This document shows positions 53,918-64,000 of a stretch of 64,000 nucleotides of DNA, in pieces. The notes beneath the pieces are model-generated. The model was given only the letters and a program-made list of their open reading frames with translations. It had not been told where the DNA came from and searched no databases. The stretch covers positions 186,434,001 through 186,498,000 of the forward strand of contig OZ024741.1 of NCBI GenBank assembly GCA_964016885.1. Reading direction: 5' to 3'. Source of the DNA: Eledone cirrhosa. Its lineage: Eukaryota. The stretch's first letter is position 1. Each line of letters begins with the position of its first letter. The position numbers were made by a program, and so were the translations under genes.

Positions 53918-53920
<3 letters not shown>
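53618..53920 (+). mobile_element. PLE-like 3' stub with a hammerhead-like motif and AATAAA
   Basis: CTGACGA at 53685, ...GACGAAACGCGCATC at ~53750, aataaa at 53771; ends in (TA)n. Confidence 0.5.
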
Positions 53921-54266
<346 letters not shown>

Positions 54267-54719
54267 TGATAGTGAGAGAGAGAGTTTCAGTAAGCGATGG
54301 AATGGTAGAACACACTGATTGATCAATGTGGTGGTAGCAGAGAAGTTGGCTATAGCGACACTTACAAAACATCTTATGCGTTGGATATACTGCAAAAACA
54401 AACCCCACAGAAATGAGAAGAAAGTGTAGTAAAGTGTTGAAAAGATGCTTAGAGCTTTAAACACACCCAAATATTTAGAAACACCAAATAGATTATGTTC
54501 GTGTTTACGAGGAGTTTTAAATGTATGTCATAAAAAGTAAAAGCTAGAACACTGTTAAACATAGATTTCATGCAAGATATATTTAGTTTAATGTTTCAAG
54601 TAAAGGTCAAAACATACTTTAAGGACACGTAATCTAAATTCTAATTGTGAGAGATTGCCACTCATAACACACACACACACATATATATATGTATATATAT
54701 GCATGTGTGTGTGCGTGTG

Positions 54720-54799
<80 letters not shown>

Positions 54800-54803
<4 letters not shown>

Positions 54804-54839
54804 ACGAAGGAGGTGTGGTAAGGAAAAAGATGGACCATA
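54800..54839 (-). mobile_element. Family A tail-only stub
   Basis: ataacgaaggaggtgtggtaaggaaaaagatggaccat is the reverse complement of ~54126-54163. Confidence 0.75.
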
Positions 54840-54851
54840 TATATATTTATT

Positions 54852-54884
<33 letters not shown>

Positions 54885-54911
54885 GTATACAATATATATT
54901 TATATATATAT

Positions 54912-55040
<129 letters not shown>

Positions 55041-55204
55041 TATAGAGAGCGAGAGAGAGAGAAAAAGAGAAAGAGAGAGAGGGAGAGAGAGAGAGAGATG
55101 TAAAATCCCGACCGCAGGTAGTTTCGGCAAGCCATGAAAAGGCTTCTTTCCATATATTGAGTACTCCCATGATTAATGCTTTCTCTGGTCTCAGCACTAC
55201 AGAG

Positions 55205-55252
<48 letters not shown>

Positions 55253-55274
55253 GGTATGTGTGTGTGCCTGTGTG

Positions 55275-55306
<32 letters not shown>

Positions 55307-55309
55307 TGC

Positions 55310-55464
<155 letters not shown>

Positions 55465-56030
55465 CGTGTGTGTTTGTGTGAGACACTTCCCTGAAATATG
55501 TGATTAAACATTGTAGTGTATGATAAGAAATATTCACTGAAGCAAGATATTTATTTCAACAGGAATGAAGCCACTGAGCTTAAACGTATATCCCTGCATA
55601 ATGGAGGAATACAATAAAAGAAAATAATTGAAAGCTGACGTTATAAGTATGGCGCTCTAATCCATTGAGATAAAGAATAGCCTATCATCATTTTGATTTT
55701 GCAAAAAAAGGAGTAAAAGAGACAGAAACACTCGCGCACAGACACGTGCAAACAAAGCACAGCACAGGCACAAATATTTGAACATTCTTTACGTCTATTT
55801 TATAAAAGCTGTATGACTATGTTTATCCGTGAGTCAAATAGGAGCGCTGCGGTCAGTCAAAAACGTTCTAAAATATTTTTTAGAATATATGTAACAATTA
55901 AAAGTAAGAGAAGAAGACTGGAAAGGGCAGATACTATCAATGTTGTAAAATGTTAAATGTCAGCCCTCTCTGTCTAGAGAGTGTTATTTATGTTCCCCCA
56001 CAGCACTTTCGCTCTCCGTCTATATATATA

Positions 56031-56109
<79 letters not shown>

Positions 56110-56612
56110 ATTGAAGTAAAAGTTAAGTGGAAATATCCAAGAATAAGAGTACTCAGTCCATAGGACAAGTGTAGTATAAATAATTATAACAGTGGCATAA
56201 ACAGGTACTCAAGTTTTGTTGGGTCCTGGGCCCCAATTTCTTCAGCCTGTCATGAGAAAAAATGGAAAAAAAAAATTTAGATTGAGAAGAATGTAAAATA
56301 GAAAAATATAAAGAGAAAAGAAAAAACGGAAAAGGGAGGGAATGTGGAGGACTCTAGTGTCACAGAATAATTGGGAGGGGAAATTAGGATCTGCGCCTAG
56401 GGAGCGGCGTTAAAGGGGCTGCGCCCTGCGGACATGACTGCGCAAGCATTCCGTGGACAATGGCCAGCGACACCCGCTGCAACAGCCACCCCACCTCGCG
56501 TGGCTCCTGTCTCAGACTGACCGGCGGCGCTCCAATCTTGGGGAGGAGCTCGACAGTACCGGGTCCAAGTACTCCTGAGATCTCGACAAAAGAAGGAGGA
56601 CAGTATTTAGTC
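56110..56612 (-). mobile_element. 3' fragment of a CRE-like (RLE) non-LTR retrotransposon
   Basis: PSFVEISGVLGP..VELL.KIG.......EPREVGWLLQRVSLAIVHG matches the C-terminal F.P..ET.G..G...WL.QR.S.AI.RGN pattern; the 3' UTR ends at (TA)n. Confidence 0.65.
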
Positions 56613-56984
56613 AATTATGCGTTAGGCATATAAAGATATAATAATAAAAATGGAAAAGAAAGGTTATAATCTCATAACCATTCTGTATTACACACCTCAC
56701 ATATTTTAATATTGTTTATAATACAATACAGTGAAATAAAAATAAATATAGAAACGTAGATAATCAAACAATTACTTTTGCAAAATTACATAGATTTTTG
56801 TATTAGAATGCTCTCCAAATGTATGTACATTTTTATACATATAAAAAACAATGTTATAATTATTAATTTAACGAAAATGATAATAGTTAATATACTTAAG
56901 TAAATAAATAAACTAAAATTTTCCGCTGCATCTACATGAAAAGTAGCTTCATAATTAATTTTACTACTCTCCCTTCTGTACGTA

Positions 56985-57680
56985 TTGACTCTCAATCCTT
57001 TACTGCGGGAGATGGAGCTGTTGCAGGTCATCCGCTCGACTCAGGATTCAAAAAGGGTGTGTCGGCTTATGTGGACGATATTAAGGTGATGGTGTCGAAC
57101 ACCTCGGAAATCGATTTGGTTGGCACCTTCTTGGGGGAAGTATGAAAGGTTGCCGAGAACAAAACTAAAACCGGAAAGGTCGGTGGGCTTACAGCTCGGC
57201 ACCTGGAGAGGCAAGTTCATGCCAACCAACACCGTCGTCTGGCGATGGACGGACGGACCAGTAATGTTGCTCGAGGAAGCTGTCACCCATCTACTACCAC
57301 CTGACTGTCATGCCTTGCTCACGTTCACGCCTTGCCAAATTGGAACGGTATCTCTTCAGCTTCTTGTGGAAAGGACAGGTTCTGTTGGTGAGGCGGTCCA
57401 TCTGCTGCCAGCACCCTCTCCGCGGAGAGCTCGCTAATCATGCGCAAACAAGCGCTTAGACAGCATTTAACAAGTGTTGTCACTGTTTGTGAGACAAGCC
57501 TTTCCGCAGCACGTCTCTTTGCCTGAGGTGCAGTCCTGGGTCATGAAGAGACTGGGACTGGGCGCCTGGCATCTGGAATGTTTCCAGGCGCTCACTGCTC
57601 TCTATTAGTTGGAAAATACAGTCAGTGGAACTTCCACTCTCGTGTTCTGTAGAGGATTGGTGGGGGGCAATTGCAACGGC
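56985..57680 (+). pseudogene. L1/Tx1 ORF2 fragment (RT core to C-terminal region)
   Basis: GVSAYVDDIKVMVS...KSVGLQLGTWRGK-like text; 57440-57670 aligns with 43620-43870. Confidence 0.8.
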
Positions 57681-57822
57681 GCAGTTAAAATTGCAGGCCT
57701 TGTGCGTAAATCAGAAACCATTATTATTATTATCATTATATACATGAAAATGGTTGAGTCTCATACATTGATTAATAGTCGAATAGTCGTGATAACAGTG
57801 TTTAGAAAAAAAAAATATAGAT

Positions 57823-57874
<52 letters not shown>

Positions 57875-57877
<3 letters not shown>

Positions 57878-58122
57878 GCCCGGCCATCGAGACAACACCA
57901 CGCGTTCAACCGGATCCCTGTATCATGAAAAGAAAATCTTTTTCAGAGAAATTATAAATTATTGGGTTTTTCCAAATTTAAAGATTTCTTAGGAACTACC
58001 AATGTTTACTTTAGGTTTTGCCGTCTGATGAGCTCAGGCTATCATAACTGATAGTCCTCAGTGAAATATGTATAAGTTTTAAATAAACCTGAACCAACTG
58101 AATATGGCCTCTGATCTGTTAT

Positions 58123-58125
<3 letters not shown>
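57875..58125 (+). mobile_element. PLE-like 3' stub with a hammerhead-like core (58025-58072)
   Basis: CTGATGA-gctcagg ctatca taac tgatag t cctcagt-GAAATATGTATA, then aataaa; (TA)n on both sides; stem I not evident. Confidence 0.55.
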
Positions 58126-58167
<42 letters not shown>

Positions 58168-58172
<5 letters not shown>

Positions 58173-58875
58173 TAGGATCGGAATTAAAAGCATTCCACAG
58201 TTCACAGTAATAATAATAATATTAGCTCAAAGAAGAATAGAGAATTTTCTTCTGAGCTCAGATACAAATATAATACACAAATAGAAGTGTGTTACACACG
58301 GAAATGTGTGTAAAGAATTATTACAAGTGATTTTTACCGTTACTGTATAGAAAAGAATATCTACAGGTTTAGCAATTATTATTATTATTACTGTGAACTG
58401 AGGAATACTCTTAATTCCGATCCTAGTATACTTAACGAACTCCAAATTGTTGAGCTAACAAATTCGAATGGTTGGGCTGCCCTCTCTAGCATTTTCCCTA
58501 ATCCATGAGAACCGTTATTTGATACAAATAACACATGATTTCGCCCTACCCTGGGCAGCGTATATATTACGTTTCTCACTATCCATGAGGCTAGGTGTGT
58601 AGTAAACAGAATCCGTATTTGCTTACTGATGAAGCTGCGGCTGTTAAACTGCACATTTCTGTGGTGAAACGAACTTAATTCGTATCAGCACACTTATAGT
58701 TATAAGGTTAGTAATTTAAAATCTATTTCAGAGATTTGACTCTGACAGGTTTTTTTCTATTTAATTGCTAAACCTGTAGATATTGTTTTCTAATCAGTAA
58801 CGATAAAAATCACTTGTAATAATTGTTTACACACATTTCACTGTGTAACACACTTCTATTTGTGTAATATATTTG

Positions 58876-58878
<3 letters not shown>
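58168..58878 (+). mobile_element. Doubly folded-back PLE-like stub
   Basis: 58168-58222 is inverted to 58376-58430; 58262-58376 is inverted to 58764-58878. Confidence 0.75.
58620..58690 (+). ncRNA. Type I hammerhead ribozyme
   Basis: tgctta-CTGATGA-agctgcgg...ctgtggt-GAAACGAA cttaa TTCGTA-tcagca; stem III ACGAA/TTCGT; stem I has one mismatch. Confidence 0.7.
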
Positions 58879-58931
<53 letters not shown>

Positions 58932-58936
<5 letters not shown>

Positions 58937-60812
58937 CGTCCACACCGCCCTCACTCGCGCCCGTGCTGTCCACCGCTCCACCACCCTCACGCCACGCCAC
59001 CATACACCAACCCACTGTCTCCTCTTCCCCATCACCTACCACCCCTCCACCCTACTCTTCAACCGCACCATCCTCCGCCTCTTCCGACGCCTACAGTCCG
59101 ACCCCACCACCTCCCACATATTCCCATCCCCATCCCTCCCCTCCTTCAAACGCGCACGCAATCTCCGCACCCTCCTCGTCCGCAGCTCGCTACCCCCCAA
59201 CCCACGTTCTTCTCCCCCCCGGTTCCCTTCCCTGTTCCAGGCCTCGTTGCAACCCTTGCCCCCACATCACCAACACCACCACCTTCCAGAGTCCCAACGG
59301 CCACTCTCTCTCTCTGTCCGGCACGCCTTCCGCTGCCCTCCTCCAAGCTAGTCTATGGACTTCGTTGTACGGAGTGCAGCGCAACCTACGTCGGACAGAC
59401 TGGACGTCGCCTGGCGGACCGTTTCACCGAACACCTCTGGGATATTCGTCTCGGCGGGAGTTGCCCTATCGCCCGCCACTTTGGCTCCCCTGGACATTCC
59501 GCGCACCGCCTCACAGTCTGTGACCTACTCCAATGCCACGGAACACCCGCCACCCGCCTCACGGTCGAACAACGCACCATCTTCACCCTACAGACCCACA
59601 CTCCCGCCGGCCTGAACTACCCACCCCTATTCCTCTAGCCTTCGACCCCCCCCACACACACACATATCCCCCACTAACACCACTAACACACCCGCATTCA
59701 ACCCTTTCCCCACCACCAGTAAACTAACACCCAGTAACACCCACTTCACTACACACACACTCATCCAAACACGCACAGACACACCATACACTACACTCCC
59801 TTCACCGACCATCACACCTTTTCTCTCGCTCTCCCCGCTCCACACACACCCCTTCACACACACACACACATCCCACTAACACCTCTACTAATACACACCC
59901 CATCCCCCGCACACGACCCCCTCCCCACTCCACCTTTCACACCTATCCATCACCTCCCTTGTTCACCGCATCTCCTCACACACAGACGCACTGACTTTCT
60001 CCACCTGCCAATCTCCTCTACTGCTGCTATGCCTTCTCCTGCCTTGACCCTCTGACCATTTCCTGTTGCACGCCCCCCACATATCCCCTCTTGCGACCAC
60101 CACCAGCCATCGTTTCAACTATCCACTCCATAACAAGGAAAATATCCGACAATCTTCACACCCTCTACGGAACTACCTTAGGAACTTACCCACAGACATA
60201 CACTCACAATTTTTTTTCGAATCACGCCACCGACATGCACAAAACGTATAAACACCAACGCACACGTGCGTACCCCCATATATATACACACTCAGCCACC
60301 GGTATCCCCCTCCCCCACCCCTCTGACCCCTCCCCATCCACACGCGCACACACCGACATACACCCCACCCCCACACACACCTTTTCCTGAACCTGGAACC
60401 TCGTTGTTCCCCCAACTCTCACATTCACATACACACACACACACGCGCACACACGTACACCTACACACATACACAAACACCACCTTCAGCCCTCCCCGCT
60501 CGGACATCCCGCCTCTCTCTCCCCACTCCACCCGCCACCACCCCAACACGCCCCACATCCTTGCACCACTTGTTTATCTTCGTGTTTATTTTTATTTTTA
60601 TTTCTACTCCTTCCACCGGTTTTTCTCCCCCCTCTTTTTTCTAAATGTCTCTCCACCACTCACCCACATACCCTCGGAACTCTCTTCCCACCCACTTTTC
60701 TCCTGAAGAAGGGCGTATGTCCGAAACGTCATTCCCCACCCCCACCCTCAAGAGCGTGAAACTAATAAACCTTTGTTTGTACTGCCTCTGTGTTTTGTTC
60801 CCGTTCCATTTT

Positions 60813-60816
<4 letters not shown>
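58932..60816 (+). mobile_element. Neptune-like Penelope element 3' part (frameshifted GIY-YIG) with a long C-rich 3' UTR
   Basis: FPITYHP...SFKRARNLRTLLVRS, PCSRPRCNPCPH, LVYGLRCTECSATYVGQTGRRLADRFTEH...IARHF...PAGLN; aataaa at 60764; (TA)n flanks. Confidence 0.9.
60696..60737 (+). ncRNA. Minimal Penelope-type hammerhead core
   Basis: CTGAAGA-agggcgtatgtcc-GAAACGTC; stem I pairing not evident. Confidence 0.65.
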
Positions 60817-60860
<44 letters not shown>

Positions 60861-60864
<4 letters not shown>

Positions 60865-61947
60865 CAAAGTTCTGTTCAAATCATATATATGCTTACAATT
60901 GTTTCCTCCAAACCGAGGTTTGGATTCTTCGGAGCAATTTATTAATGAATGATCACATATATGACCTCCTTTTCAACCCAAGAGACATACAGATACATAT
61001 GCATATATTGTTGCTTGGTGGGTCGACATCCATTATAACATTTAGCGTGGCAGTATACATTTAAAGATTACATTCATATCAAAAGAGGGTAAAATTAAAA
61101 TTAATGTTAAAATACAACATGAAATTAATGCGATAGGATAGTCAGAAGCAGTAAGTGTGTGCAATAGTTATACGTGTGGCAAGCACGTGTGTCCTATTTA
61201 TAAATATTATAGTGCGGCAGGGTGCTACAAGTAAAACAAGCACTATAAGCGGGTAAACAAGATTATTAAGGGGGTTGTACTGGTAACGTATCTTTTATAT
61301 TATCTACACACAAGCTTATATAACATTCATATAAAAGATACGTTACCAGTACAACCCCCTTAATAATCTTGTTTACCCGCTTATAGTGCTTGTTTTACTT
61401 GTAGCACCCTGCCGCACTATAATATTTATAAATAGGACACACGTGCTTGCCACACGTATAACTATTGCACACACTTACTGCTTCTGACTATCCTATCGCA
61501 TTAATTTCATGTTGTATTTTAACATTAATTTTAATTTTATCCTCTTTTGATATGAATGTAATCGTTAAATGTATACTGCCACGCTAAATGTTATAATGGA
61601 TGTCGACCCACCAAGCAACAATATATGCATATGTATCTGTATGACTCTTGGGTTGAAAAGGAGGTCATATATGTGATCATTCATTAATAAATTGCTCCGA
61701 AGAATCCAAACCTCGGTTTGGAGGAAACAATTGTAAGCATATAAATGATTTGAACAGAACTTTGATTATTATAACTTATATATAACTGCTCTGTAAAACA
61801 ACTGATGTTATTACATTGAGCTATTTATCTTACTGGTAATAAGGTAGTAATATATTACTGCCTATCACTATTTAGGATTTGTAAAAATATATATAACTAC
61901 AAAAGGTTTTTGTATATGCATATCCATAAATAGTATCCTTAATACTA
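60861..61947 (+). mobile_element. Large fold-back element: 440-bp arms, 28-nt spacer, ~180-bp tail, in (TA)n
   Basis: 60861-61300 vs 61329-61768 are inverted, with about 4 mismatches by eye. Confidence 0.9.
61693..61739 (+). ncRNA. Hammerhead-like ribozyme with a CCGAAGA core (mirrored at ~60890-60936, minus)
   Basis: tgct-CCGAAGA-a tccaaac ctcg gtttgga g-GAAACAATTGTA-agca; all three stems form. Confidence 0.7.
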
Positions 61948-62226
61948 TATATATATATATATATATTTTCATTGATAGTAAGAAATATTAAAAGTATATG
62001 ATTCATATACGTACGCTTCTTCTGTATCAACTTGCATGCAATACATACATACACATATGTGTATTTGTATGTGTGTGTATGTGTGCATGGCTGTGCACGG
62101 TGGAATATTTAAAAGTTTACATTTCACACGGATTTTTTTCTAATCTTATCGAAAAAAAAAATAATACTTCATCAGTTATATCTAAATTCGTTACATCAAT
62201 AGCTTCAAATATACGCTGTGTTCTAG

Positions 62227-62320
<94 letters not shown>

Positions 62321-62398
62321 ATGTATATATATATAGTTTCGTTGACAAATATATCAATATGCCCAGACACGCAGATATATTACCCTTGGTATGACAGT

Positions 62399-62454
<56 letters not shown>

Positions 62455-62455
<1 letters not shown>

Positions 62456-64000
62456 AATAGAAATAAATAAATAAATAGAAACTATATTTATAAAACCATA
62501 TTTATTCTATTATATATATTTCAAGGGTACCAAAACTTCGGTACGCACTCATCAGATAAAATATAAATATTGACATAACCAAGAAAAAAATACCTTAACG
62601 GTTCAAGTTTTTCCTGGATAGTAATGGAAAAGAGAAGAAAAGTCAGATATTTCAAATTATTAAGATGAGTATGCAAATGAGGTTGAGTTATTTTTAGACG
62701 CTATGCAGAATTTAAATAATTAGGATATATGTATGAGTAGGAAGACGAAAAAAAGAAAGAAGAGCTTGTATTTACGTTAATTTAAAGGAATTAACAATTT
62801 GCAGGAATGGTGGAATATGATTCCAGATATTTAAAATTTATTTAGCTATATTATGAGTTATAATATTGTATATATAATCAATTAGTTTATATGAAGAATT
62901 ATTGTTGTAAGTAGAGTTTATCTTATTACATTACAACAGGCTGTAAGTATATAAATATCTATATAGATTAATAATTGTGCATGTATAAGTATTATAGAAA
63001 TAGAAATAAGTTACAATTATTAGTTGTTTACCTTTCTCATATGAGTTACGAAGGATGTTGATTCTGCATTTTACATAAAAAACACGTAGTTCAAGTTGTA
63101 AGAGGAGAACAATTTGTAGATTCAAATATTTTGTTCCGACATTGAACATGTTTTCAGAATATTGTTAATTTAGCGAAGTTATATAGTTTATCATACATAT
63201 TATATTATTATAATGTTTATGTTTGTTCGATTGAAAAGGAAAAGATAACTCCAATCTTGTTTGCTAACCGTTAAATTTGATGATAAATATATAGAGAAAA
63301 TTATATATTATTTTGTGTGAGATTAATTTCAATTATATATTATTTTAGTCGAAAGATGTGTGAAAGTTTGAAGATCAAAGAAGAGGAAAAATGTATTGTG
63401 CATTTCGAAGAACCATCGTAAAGAGGAGGACTTTTAGAATGTCAATTAAAGATTATCAAGCTACATCTAAAAAACATATATTTAGAAAATAATGTCAAAT
63501 GGTAAAAATAGTAAAAATATTGAAAATTAAGAAGGAAGATCATTTAAAAAAATTTAAATTTAAATTTTTAAAGAAAATACTCAGTAAATAATAGGATCAT
63601 TTTAAAGGTGTATAAGATATAGTCAAGTTAAAAATACTTCTGAAAGTGGAATTTTGGCGATGTCTGCAACTAGAAAATAATTCTGTTTTAAAATTAATAG
63701 AGTTTTGACAGTTAATTATATAAAAAAATCTCCTCGATACACAAGTTACAGAATCTTGAGAAAGCCATATTTCGGTATGCAGGTGCTTTCGAAATCGTTC
63801 CCAAAGATATTGAATAGTCTATATTGTTGTCTTTTAAATTCCAAATTTAAGGTGAAAGTGAAGTGGAAGATTTTTTATCGGATCTATTAAATGTGTGTTT
63901 ATGGTTAGCCCAGCGTTCTTTGAAGTTTGTAGAAGTGGCACCAATATAGTTAAATATTTTGTCTCTAGTTTTAACTGCGCATTTATAAATTACGTTTTTG
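62455..64000 (-). mobile_element. Naiad-like PLE 3' part: GIY-YIG (63620-64000, one stop) plus ~1.1 kb UTR; continues past the right edge
   Basis: KNVIYKCAV...YIGATSTNFKERWANHKHTF...TSLSP*IW...CNLCIEE...KTELFSSCRHR; the UTR end is homologous to family B. Confidence 0.82.
62503..62563 (-). ncRNA. Type I hammerhead ribozyme, intact core
   Basis: Minus strand: tattttat-CTGATGA-gtgc gtacc gaagtttt ggtac cctt-GAAATATATATA-atagaata. Confidence 0.75.

Noticed and set aside
55095-55200. Hammerhead 3' half on the minus strand (GAAAC..GGTC)
   Set aside because: No CUGANGA core or stem I found.
63620-64000. Selenocysteine recoding in Naiad-like PLEs
   Set aside because: The internal stop is TAA at a likely Tyr position, not TGA at a Cys, and 17998-18640 has no in-frame TGA.

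Overview
AT-rich animal genomic DNA, probably an octopod cephalopod (inferred from the SINE families and the extreme (TA)n/(CA)n/(GA)n density). It is mostly intron or intergenic sequence packed with retroelements, and most of the ORF track is microsatellite noise. Contents: (i) one apparently intact CR1-group LINE (24421-~28420, minus). Its ORF1 has a Myb/SANT-like trihelix and a CCCH finger, and it joins an ATG-less ORF2 through an in-phase U_UUU_UUA -1 slippery site. (ii) Decayed RTE, R4/Dong, L1/Tx1, CRE-like and mariner elements. (iii) At least six coding remnants of Penelope-like elements (PLEs; Neptune- and Naiad-like). (iv) Many short (TA)n-embedded fold-back elements with a fixed 'inverted arm + direct arm + tail' layout, and about 10 hammerhead-ribozyme-like motifs, several with variant cores. 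(v) Tandem tRNA-derived SINE arrays. (vi) Two putative 5' coding exons of an unidentified minus-strand host gene (49103-49068, 46768-46564). All calls were made by eye; no searches were run.
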